Shown here one piece after another: positions 52,518 to 60,230 of a DNA stretch of 60,230 nucleotides. The stretch is from Endomicrobiales bacterium (lineage in GTDB: Bacteria; Elusimicrobiota; Endomicrobiia; Endomicrobiales; JALOBY01), in the NCBI GenBank assembly GCA_023228045.1, contig JALOBY010000007.1:1-60230 (forward strand), given 5' to 3'. Position 1 is the stretch's first letter, and every line of letters starts with the position of its first letter. Both the position numbers and the translations under genes were made by a program. Under the pieces are notes generated by a model. That model did no database searches. It was given only the letters and a program-made list of their open reading frames with translations, and had not been told where the DNA came from.

Positions 52518-54812
52518 TTATTCCTTTTTTAATGAAATCAGGTCAGAAATAATTGTTCCTGCCCATTTATATACATTATTGTTTTCAATTATAGAACGCA
52601 TTGCTTTCATGCGTTTTTCTTTTTCTTCTTGAGGCATTTCTACCGCAAGTTTGAATGCTTCGGCAAACTCTTCAATTGAATATGGGTTTATAAGAATTGC
52701 ATCAGTAAGTTCCCTTGACGCGCCGGCAAACTCTGAAAGTATAAGCGTTCCATTTAAATCATTTTTTGCGGCAACATATTCTTTGGCAACAAGGTTCATA
52801 CCATCGTGCAACGAACTTACAACACAAATATCGGCAAGCTGATAATATGGTTTAATTTCTTCACTTGAAAAATGCTGTTTAAAGTAAATTATCGGCTTCC
52901 ACGAGTTTTCGGAGTGTTTCCAGTTTATTTTTTCAACCAATTCATCTATTTCGGCTATCAAATCGTGATATTTTTTTATTTGAGTTCTGCTTGGAGCCGC
53001 CAACTGAACTAAAACAAACTTGCCTTTATATTGAGGATATTTTTCAAGAAATCTGTCTATGGCAAGCATTCGCTCAGCAAGGCCTTTTGTGTAATCTATT
53101 CTTTCAACACCAAGGGCAACAATTTTACCTTCCAGGTTTAACTCACTTATTATTTTTTCTTTTTGACTGGTAATTGCGCCTGCCAATTTTGGGTCGGCAA
53201 AATTATCAACGCTAATTGGGTACTGCTTAATAAATGTTTCCTTGCCCGAACGCACTACCGAGAATCTTTCGGCATCTACCCTGCTTTCAAGAAAGCGGTT
53301 TGCGGTATCTAAGAAATTGTTGCAATGGTACTGTATATGAAACCCTATAAGGTCGCAACCAAGCATACCATCTAAAATTTCTTTTTGATAAGGGCAAATT
53401 GCGAATACTTCGGGGTTTGGCCATGGTATGTGCCAAAACATTGCAATTTTAGCATCCGGTCTTTTCTTTTTAATCATTCTGGCAAGCAACGTAAAGTGAT
53501 AGTCCTGAATAAAAATAAAAGGCGCGCTTTTTGGCAGTTCTTCAATAATAGAGTCCGCAAACTTTTGATTTACTTTCTTATACATCTGCCAGTCAGATTC
53601 ACGGAAAGTAGGGCGATTGTGCGTTATATGGCATAACGGCCACAAACCTTCATTAGAGAAACCAAAATAATACCCCTTCTCTTCTTCTTTTGATAGCCAG
53701 ATTCTTTTGAGAATGTAATGGATATCGTTTGGCGGGACACCAAGTTTATCTCTGGAATTTACAAATTGTTTGTCGGCATTGCCGCTTCCATGAGCTATCC
53801 ACATACCGCCGCAAGAGCGCATAACAGGGTCAAGCGCCGTAACAACACCGCTTGCAGGGCTTACACACTTTGCTTTACCTTTGTGTTCATCGGAAACATG
53901 CATATAAGGTTCCCTGTTTGAAACAACAAAGAGAGAATCTTCGCCAAGTTTCGCATTAACTAAATCTTTAAGTTTTGACGGCGTCCACTTTTTTTCATCT
54001 TTAATTCGTTCTTTCGCGCTTTCTGACACAGATTTTCGCGCAATTCGTAAGTTTAATGCAACCTGTTCTATTTCACTGGCAAATTTACCCAGTTCATCGG
54101 TATATTTATAATTAAGATTCTCGTCGGTTTCACCTTTATAAAATTTTTGCAGCCAAAAGGTAATTCTTCTAACCGGCAATAGAAATATCTGCCTTTGAAG
54201 CACAATTATAATTATAGAGATTAAACTTATTAAAAAAATAAGCCCTATACTCATCTTTTTCCAAAAAACAACAAGAAGCTCATTTACATAAGAAACATCA
54301 TACACAACCTCAACAACTCCCAAAAACTGGCCACTTTCATCAGTAACCGGCAATGCATAAGTATATAGATTATATTTGCCGTAATTATTAAAACCTTCAT
54401 ATACTTTCTTTTCAGAAAATATTTTTTTAACATAAGATTTTTCTTCTTTTATCCAATTAGATAATCTTTCGGTAAAAGCAAATATATTTCCATCCTTTGT
54501 ATAAAAAATCCCACCCTGAAACCGCTCTCTCTTCTGAAATGTACCGACCAGCTTCTGGGCAGTCTTTTTGTCTTTAGATTCCAACACACTGCCCGCTGAA
54601 ACCTCAATACTTTCAGCCACATTTTTGGTTTTTCTTTTTATATCGTCAATGAGTTTTTCTTTTTGAAACTCAATCTGGAAAAACCCGGCAATAATAAAGC
54701 CGGCAGTAATGACTATCAGTATGGGTAATAAGAATATCAGAATTTTTTTCATTACATCCCCTTTTAATATAAATGCCACTTTATGGCTTTTGTCAAACAG
54801 CAACCCGACCAT
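52518..54812 (-). CDS. otsA: Trehalose-6-phosphate synthase (GT20) fused to an N-terminal membrane sensor module (TM, Cache-like periplasmic domain, TM, HAMP-like linker). The likely true start is the Met at 54752 (MKKILIF), which has an AAAAGGGG ribosome-binding site.
   Basis: The C-terminal ~480 aa align to OtsA (LFVVSNREP ... HDYH-like IQDYHF ... GFHIQYH). The N-terminal 250 aa have two hydrophobic helices that flank a ~145 aa domain. Confidence 0.75.
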   Translation of the reverse strand: MVGLLFDKSHKVAFILKGDVMKKILIFLLPILIVITAGFIIAGFFQIEFQKEKLIDDIKRKTKNVAESIEVSAGSVLESKDKKTAQKLVGTFQKRERFQGGIFYTKDGNIFAFTERLSNWIKEEKSYVKKIFSEKKVYEGFNNYGKYNLYTYALPVTDESGQFLGVVEVVYDVSYVNELLVVFWKKMSIGLIFLISLISIIIIVLQRQIFLLPVRRITFWLQKFYKGETDENLNYKYTDELGKFASEIEQVALNLRIARKSVSESAKERIKDEKKWTPSKLKDLVNAKLGEDSLFVVSNREPYMHVSDEHKGKAKCVSPASGVVTALDPVMRSCGGMWIAHGSGNADKQFVNSRDKLGVPPNDIHYILKRIWLSKEEEKGYYFGFSNEGLWPLCHITHNRPTFRESDWQMYKKVNQKFADSIIEELPKSAPFIFIQDYHFTLLARMIKKKRPDAKIAMFWHIPWPNPEVFAICPYQKEILDGMLGCDLIGFHIQYHCNNFLDTANRFLESRVDAERFSVVRSGKETFIKQYPISVDNFADPKLAGAITSQKEKIISELNLEGKIVALGVERIDYTKGLAERMLAIDRFLEKYPQYKGKFVLVQLAAPSRTQIKKYHDLIAEIDELVEKINWKHSENSWKPIIYFKQHFSSEEIKPYYQLADICVVSSLHDGMNLVAKEYVAAKNDLNGTLILSEFAGASRELTDAILINPYSIEEFAEAFKLAVEMPQEEKEKRMKAMRSIIENNNVYKWAGTIISDLISLKKE

Positions 54813-54860
54813 CTAAGTCCTCAGAATGCTTAAAAGCTCTAGAACCCATTGGTTTGCTAT
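54804..54860 (-). promoter_or_regulatory. Conserved ~57 nt upstream motif X, copy 1, 5' of otsA.
   Basis: About 75% identical to 56368-56425 in the same orientation relative to the downstream gene. Confidence 0.45.
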
Positions 54861-54911
54861 ATGTTTAATTATAATTTATTGAATGTTGATATGCGAATAA
54901 ATGCCAAGTAC

Positions 54912-55975
54912 TTATGAAAATATCAGGGAAAAAACAATAAAATAGACAACCATAAAAACAAAACCAATCGGCAACCCTATTTTCGCCCATTCCCAACTTG
55001 TTATCTTAAGCCTTCCTGCAGAAATTATATTTGGAATATTCCCGGGAATAAGCATTCCACCTGATATCAAAAACCCTATAAGTATATACTTAATTTGAGG
55101 CAAATTCATTTTAGGGCTTATTTCTGCAGCAGCCAAAGTTGCATTGTCTAAAACAGCCGAAAGAGAATTTATCCAGTAAAGTAGCGTAGTCGGAAATTTT
55201 ATTATGTACATATCAACAATAGGTTTGAAGCCGGAACCAAGAAGTATCAAAGCCATGATAAAGATATAAACTTTCCCAGCATAAACAAAAATTTCTTTAA
55301 TATTACTGCTTTTTTCTTCTACTAATCCTTTTATGTTTTCTCCTTTTTTAACAGAAGGGTTTATTATACTGCCTATTATTGCTAAAAGCAAAATGCCCGG
55401 CAAGACATATAGGCCAAGCTCCCTGAATAAGAAAAAGAAATCGGCATTGAATGGCTCTCCTTTTAGCTTTGCTATAGTAATGGTTGATAGCGGTTCTCCT
55501 ATAGGGGTAAGCACTGCGCCCAGCCCAATAGAAAAGCAAGAGAGTACCGTAAGCTTTATTTCATATTTCTTGTCCAATTTTAATGCACTAATAATTTCAA
55601 CAAGTATTATAGCTGCCATAATAGCCGTAATAATACTTGAAAGCAATCCTAAAACCATAATCAACACAAAACAGAATAATTTTGAACCGATTTTACGCTC
55701 TATATTAACGACGGTATTTGTTATTTTATTTCTGAAAAAATAAACTAAAAACCCTATCGTAATAACAGCCAAAGTTATCATTATTGGTTCAACTAATGAT
55801 TCCCTAATAAGGTGCATTGACCACGCCGGTTCTATTCCCCAAAAATGCGAAATACTTACCACTAACACACCCATGATAAAAAGAAATATTTCCAAATTTT
55901 TTTCTATAACATGCAATGTAAGAGGTAAAATTAATACAAGAATAATGGCACTGATCAACCCTATTTCTATCACTA
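54912..55975 (-). CDS. Polytopic membrane protein, transporter-like (possibly the DUF1646 cation-transporter family). It starts at a GTG codon.
   Basis: 353 aa with ~10 predicted TM helices. The first codon is GTG at 55973-55975. Confidence 0.5.
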
Positions 55976-56145
55976 TAAATTTTCCTTGTCCAGCTTTTTC
56001 ATTTCTATTGACTTGCTATTGTCTTTTAATATTCTGCTACAACAGAATATCGCCAAGCTTATAATAGCCGACCAAAACATCAGCATAATTATCCAGCCGC
56101 TAATTTTCACAATAATATTTCAAATGTTTTTGTGTTATGATTCTT

Positions 56146-56268
56146 TTACTTTTTATTTTTATCTTTATCCTTCATAGAGTTTTTTCTGCTGTTTTGATAA
56201 ACATAAACAATAAACCCGGCAAATATTATCATAACAACAATCACCGGCCAATCTTGCGCAAAATTCAT
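56146..56268 (-). CDS. Small single-TM protein (40 aa, MNFAQDWPVIVVMIIFAGFIVYVYQNSRKNSMKDKDKNKK).
   Basis: GGGAGG lies 10 nt upstream of the ATG. Hydrophobic core followed by a basic tail. Upstream of the transporter gene and below the ORF-track cutoff. Confidence 0.4.
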   Translation of the reverse strand: MNFAQDWPVIVVMIIFAGFIVYVYQNSRKNSMKDKDKNKK

Positions 56269-56298
56269 GTGTTATATACCTCCCTGTTAAAATTAAAA

Positions 56299-56365
56299 GC
56301 CACCCCTGAATTTTTATCCAGTAAGTGGCAATAAAAAACCGCCCACTGGTTATAAACCAGATGGC
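56299..56365 (-). terminator. Two tandem stem-loops with U-tracts on the minus strand (CCGCCATCTGG ... CCAGTGGGCGG-TTTTTT and GCCAC ... GTGGC-TTTTAATTTT), lying between motif X copy 2 and the small ORF.
   Basis: Read directly from the sequence. Confidence 0.5.
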
Positions 56366-56367
56366 GG

Positions 56368-56425
56368 CCCGACCATCCAAATCCTCCGAAAGCATTAAAG
56401 CTTTCGAACCCTGTTGGTTTGCTAT
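56368..56425 (-). promoter_or_regulatory. Conserved upstream motif X, copy 2 (contains the perfect hairpin cgaaagc-attaaa-gctttcg).
   Basis: Alignment with 54804-54860. Confidence 0.45.
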
Positions 56426-56520
56426 TAAGTTATGTGGATTTTACAACTTTTCTCACTAAATGCGCAATCTCTTGAAAATATAAAAATAAGTACTGCAAAG
56501 AGTTTCTAAGCTATATCAGC

Positions 56521-56880
56521 TCATTTTTCATTACAATCCGAAAATTCAAACAACAATGTTATACCCTCTTTTATTCCATATATGTCTACAAGACCAGCTT
56601 TTAACTCAAGCACCGAGCTGGCACTACTTACCGGCATAACTACATGCCATGACTTTAGGTTTTTAACAACCCTTAAGACTTTATATGTTTTATCTAAAAA
56701 AACCACATCTATGTAAAAACGCATAAAAAAAGTGTGTATTGAAGAACACTTTAGTATCAGCAACGCACCACAGAAAAATTCTTGCGGCATAAACATAAGG
56801 CCTAAAAATTTACTAAAAAAAGTTTTCGCAACACAAATTTCAAGTGTACCATTTGGGCAAATTAATTTATTCACGCTCAC
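56521..56880 (-). CDS. DUF192 domain protein.
   Basis: 119 aa. DUF192 pattern (VAKTFFSKFLGLMFMPQ ... HTFFMRFYIDVVFLD ... SVLELKAG). Confidence 0.65.
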   Translation of the reverse strand: MSVNKLICPNGTLEICVAKTFFSKFLGLMFMPQEFFCGALLILKCSSIHTFFMRFYIDVVFLDKTYKVLRVVKNLKSWHVVMPVSSASSVLELKAGLVDIYGIKEGITLLFEFSDCNEK

Positions 56881-57002
56881 CCCACAATAATTTTGATTTT
56901 AAAAAGTAACATATTATTGCAATTAATAAGTAAAAAAATAAAAATAAAAAACTTCATTGCATTTTGCAATAAACCTTTAAGCTATTATATAATAAATATG
57001 TT

Positions 57003-58016
57003 ATGCAATTATCTACCACAAAAACTTCAACTATCTTATTTATTGTTCTTATATCACTTTTCGCAGGGGCAATAATTTATTTTCAAACATTGCCTTTCAC
57101 GCAAAAAACTATGCAGAGCGCATTGGAGCAAAGAATTAATGCCATAGCAAAAATTTCTACCCCGGAAATCCAACAAGCACTTAATGCAAAAGATGATATA
57201 GCCTTGCTTATTGCACTTGAAAAACTTTCAAAACAAGAAAGTATTGAGAGCATTTTTGTATTAGATAAAGAATCTCTCGTAATTGCGCACACAAACACTC
57301 AAGAATGGGGCAAAAAATACCCAATTGTAACAAGCGATATATTTGAAAAGTTAAAGGCGCAAGCGTATGTTAAAACCAAAATTGCTCAAAACCCTTATTA
57401 CGCTTTCTCACTTTCAAATGAACATTTGCTTTTTTTGCGCGCATCTACCAAAGAGCAAGCTGCGGCATTAGACACCTTTTTAAGAACGACCCTACTTTTA
57501 TGCGTTATACTGATAATTGTACTTTCTTTTGTATTTTACTACATCTCAAAGTTGAGCGTAACAAATGCAAGAAACAAATTGCTTAAAGCTCTTACTAACT
57601 CTTCGCAACAACTGCCAAAAGACCTATCAAGAATGCTCGGTGAAATTAAACTTCGCCTAAACCCAATTGCTCAAGATACAAAAGCAAAAACAAATCAAAG
57701 TAAATTTTTTGCATCTTGTATGGAACATATTTGCAACAAAGCAAACGGGCTGATTATTTTTGACATAGATAACACCCTGATTTTTGCAAACCAAAACGCA
57801 ATGAAGACATTTGGAATAAAGGAACAATGCAGCATCCACCTGCTTGATGCAATAAAAAATACACAAACACTATCGCAAATTGAAAGTGCAATTAAAACAA
57901 AAAAACCAATATCTCTATTTGACGCTCAAAATAATTTAAACATAAAAACCACAGCATTTTTTGACGAGCACACCTTTATTGGCTTAGCCATAGAAACACA
58001 AACACCCTGCAAGTAA
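57003..58016 (+). CDS. Membrane sensor-like protein (TM, periplasmic domain, TM, cytoplasmic PAS-like domain) with no output domain.
   Basis: 337 aa. Two hydrophobic helices. The C-terminal GLIIFDIDNTLIFANQNAMKTFG resembles a PAS core. Confidence 0.55.
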   Translation: MQLSTTKTSTILFIVLISLFAGAIIYFQTLPFTQKTMQSALEQRINAIAKISTPEIQQALNAKDDIALLIALEKLSKQESIESIFVLDKESLVIAHTNTQEWGKKYPIVTSDIFEKLKAQAYVKTKIAQNPYYAFSLSNEHLLFLRASTKEQAAALDTFLRTTLLLCVILIIVLSFVFYYISKLSVTNARNKLLKALTNSSQQLPKDLSRMLGEIKLRLNPIAQDTKAKTNQSKFFASCMEHICNKANGLIIFDIDNTLIFANQNAMKTFGIKEQCSIHLLDAIKNTQTLSQIESAIKTKKPISLFDAQNNLNIKTTAFFDEHTFIGLAIETQTPCK

Positions 58017-58116
58017 CCACAAACATTAAGCTGTTGGTAAAAAAGCGCTGCAGGTTAGTATCTAACCCGCAGCGCTTTTTGTTTTAGCGCAAAAGTTTTT
58101 TACTGCTTCTTATATT

Positions 58117-58935
58117 CTATTGCTCATCTTTACTTGTTTTTGGAGTGAACAATATATTTGATTTATCACCAAGCATAGTACTTGGCAACTTGCCATCCCA
58201 TTTGTCAATCCACTTATAAGCTATTGTTTTTTCGTTAACCGACTCGCGCAGGAGCTGTTGCGCTTTAGCCTCGCCCTCTGCTTTTAAAATAGTTGCGGCT
58301 TTATTTTGTTCGGCCTGTTGCTTAACATACTCGGCTGTTTTTATTTTTTGCTCTTCTATTTGTTTTTGTTCTACAACTTTTTCAAACTCAGTATCAAACC
58401 TTATGTTCACCAAACTTACATTCTCAACTATTATATTATAGGTGGCAAGTTTCGTTTTCAATGCCCCTTCAATTTTATTTTTTAAATCTTCGCGCTGCAC
58501 TATAATCTGCTCAACAGGAAACTGCGCTGTCGCAGATTTAACCGCTTCGTTTACCGCGGGGTCTATAACTTTTTCCCTGTAATCTTTCCCGACTTTTACA
58601 AACAACTCATTAACCTTTGTGTAATCTAAATGATAATTTAGCGCGATATCTACTTGAACTTTTTGAAGATCTTTTGACGCGGATTCGGCTGAAACATCTA
58701 TCCTCTGCGTTTTTACATCAAACTTTGTTACGGATACAACAAACGGGAACTTTGTGTGAAAACCCTGCTGATATGACTGCGTTGCCCCAGATATGCTGTT
58801 AAATGTAACACCTACTTGCCCTGCACCAACAACAAAAAACCAGCTTGAAAGCAATGGCACCGCAATTATCAAAGCTATCAAACCAACTACTGCCATAAAA
58901 ACCATTTTATTTTCTTTAGCGCCAAAATTTTCCAC
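58117..58935 (-). CDS. SPFH/band-7 (prohibitin/HflC-like) membrane protein.
   Basis: 272 aa. N-terminal TM helix and SPFH domain pattern. Confidence 0.75.
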   Translation of the reverse strand: MENFGAKENKMVFMAVVGLIALIIAVPLLSSWFFVVGAGQVGVTFNSISGATQSYQQGFHTKFPFVVSVTKFDVKTQRIDVSAESASKDLQKVQVDIALNYHLDYTKVNELFVKVGKDYREKVIDPAVNEAVKSATAQFPVEQIIVQREDLKNKIEGALKTKLATYNIIVENVSLVNIRFDTEFEKVVEQKQIEEQKIKTAEYVKQQAEQNKAATILKAEGEAKAQQLLRESVNEKTIAYKWIDKWDGKLPSTMLGDKSNILFTPKTSKDEQ

Positions 58936-59021
58936 TTAACACTCCTTTATTTTTATATGTACGACTGTGCGGCATTATAACATAGTTTGGCGTTAAATAC
59001 GCAAAACAGGTCTTGCAATAA

Positions 59022-59924
59022 TTAAAATAAATTTCCACCCATAAAAGATAAAAATATTGGCCCAAATAATATTATAAATATGGTTGGAAATATTAGTAAA
59101 GCAAGAGGGAACATTAACTTAAGAGGCGCCTCAGACGCACTCTTTTCTGCCATTCTAAGCTGCTCTTCGCGCAATTGCGCGGCAAGTGTTTTAAAATTAT
59201 CAGCAATTGCTGAGCCGGTTTTAAGAGAAACCAACAAAGTGTTTACAAACAAACCAATTTGCGCGATATTTAATTTCCCCGACAAACTTTTAAACGCTTC
59301 CTCACGATTTTTTCCCAAATTTATCTCTTTTTGCGTCATGGCGAGTTCATAATGTAGCGGGTTTTGAAAGCAAGAAATTACCTTTGAAAAAGCACTGTTA
59401 AAATCTAATCCGGCACCCATAAGCAAAGCTATTAAACCAATTGTGTCTGGCATAGCGGTTATAATTTTTTCTTTTCTTAAACGCGACTGCTCCGCAAGCA
59501 TTGCGTATGGCGCCGCGCCAAAAAGCAACCCCACCCCTAAAAAATATACCGGGTTAGAAAATCCAAATAAAAGCACCATAAGAAAAGAAACACTTAAAAA
59601 AATCAATATCATAAAACCGCTTAGTGTATTTAAATCCATATCATTAAATTTGCCACCCATAAGCGTAAGGTTTGCCTGCACTTTTTTGATGTATATTTTA
59701 ACCCATGGGTGTTTGTTTTTAAGCAAATACTGCCCAAGCTTTTCTGAGAAGAAATACACAAAACCAATAATTCCTTGGCTGTACGCTTTATTTTGAGCAC
59801 TATGTGTTTGCTTTAAACGGTGCGATACGGCTTTTCTAACCTTTAATTCCATAATAAAAAGCGCAGCACTATAAACAATTAGCGCTACGCTTACACCAAC
59901 CAGCAATGAAACTATAATAACCAC
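59022..59924 (-). CDS. Type II secretion system F-family protein (TadB/TadC-like pilus assembly membrane protein).
   Basis: 300 aa. T2SSF domain region (IITAMPDTIGLIALLMGAGLDFNSAF ... EEAFKSL). Three TM segments. Confidence 0.65.
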   Translation of the reverse strand: MVIIVSLLVGVSVALIVYSAALFIMELKVRKAVSHRLKQTHSAQNKAYSQGIIGFVYFFSEKLGQYLLKNKHPWVKIYIKKVQANLTLMGGKFNDMDLNTLSGFMILIFLSVSFLMVLLFGFSNPVYFLGVGLLFGAAPYAMLAEQSRLRKEKIITAMPDTIGLIALLMGAGLDFNSAFSKVISCFQNPLHYELAMTQKEINLGKNREEAFKSLSGKLNIAQIGLFVNTLLVSLKTGSAIADNFKTLAAQLREEQLRMAEKSASEAPLKLMFPLALLIFPTIFIILFGPIFLSFMGGNLF

Positions 59925-59946
59925 AAAATTTATTTTTCCTTATAGT

Positions 59947-60125
59947 CGTCTTTTCGTCAGCCCAAGAGGCTAGACCTCGCCAAAAGCGGGAAATCCGAAG
60001 GGATGAAGCAATCTCATCTTAACTGTTAGATTGCCACGGGCTAAAGCCCTCACAATGATTTTAGATTGCTTCGTCACTAATGACACCAGATTGCCACGCT
60101 TCGCTCGCAATGGGCATAATACTCA
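59947..60125 (+). mobile_element. Family-C MITE-like repeat copy.
   Basis: Alignment with 43417-43640 (cgtcagccc ... ctcgccaaaagcgggaaatccgaagggatgaagcaatct ... cgcttcgctcgcaatg). Confidence 0.7.
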
Positions 60126-60230
60126 AAAAGTGTTGCTATTTTTGATAGTTTTGAAGTAGCAAAACCATTTTAAGTAACTAATTTTATGATTTTCAGAAAG
60201 ACCACGATGGTTTCTATATTGATGCTTTAA

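Noticed and set aside
54804-54860. Sigma54 promoter (TGGCAC-N5-TTGC) within motif X (GATGGTCGGGTTGCTG).
   Set aside because: The GG-to-GC spacing is 9 nt rather than 12, so the motif is not a canonical -24/-12 element.
1-60230. CRISPR arrays, rRNA genes, prophage or integrase genes.
   Set aside because: No direct-repeat and spacer periodicity was seen. No rRNA-like conserved blocks. No integrase, transposase or phage structural genes were recognized. The MITEs appear non-autonomous.

Overview
This 60.2 kb window is chromosomal DNA from a low-GC (~40%) bacterium and is densely coding on both strands. The left 8.6 kb is a single giant secreted cell-surface protein gene on the minus strand that runs off the window edge. 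It has carboxypeptidase-regulatory-like domains, FN3/Ig-like repeats and a parallel beta-helix segment, and a +1 frameshift at a C4/G4 homopolymer (~4823-4826) splits it into two ORFs. The rest is mostly housekeeping and accessory genes: an HNH endonuclease, a TrpB2-type tryptophan synthase beta homolog, NfnAB/SudAB-like oxidoreductase, a metal ABC importer, cysE, an aconitase-family enzyme and proA. There is a complete Bat aerotolerance locus (moxR-DUF58-hyp-batABCDE). Further along are nadD-yqeK, an LCP protein, rsfS, hisS, a PGM/PMM, a nucleotidyltransferase-PGM fusion, an M48 protease, serA plus a class V aminotransferase, the tRNA-Lys/tRNA-Leu/tig/clpP/clpX/lon cluster, and a trehalose locus (otsA-otsB-hyp-treT). 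The right end holds a membrane transporter, a DUF192 protein, a PAS sensor-like protein, an SPFH protein and a TadC-like pilus gene. The most unusual feature is the amount of miniature inverted-repeat (MITE-like) elements in intergenic regions, at least four families, here named A to D. One ~156 bp family-B element with terminal inverted repeats (TIRs) is inserted exactly in frame, at a codon boundary, inside batD; a second copy is nested inside a family-A element. Other points worth a second look are an OtsA fused to a two-helix membrane sensor module (Cache-like/HAMP-like), a ~57 nt motif shared by the upstream regions of otsA and of a small-ORF/transporter pair, and two small unannotated ORFs with good ribosome-binding sites. 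No CRISPR arrays or rRNA genes were found. Two tRNAs are present.
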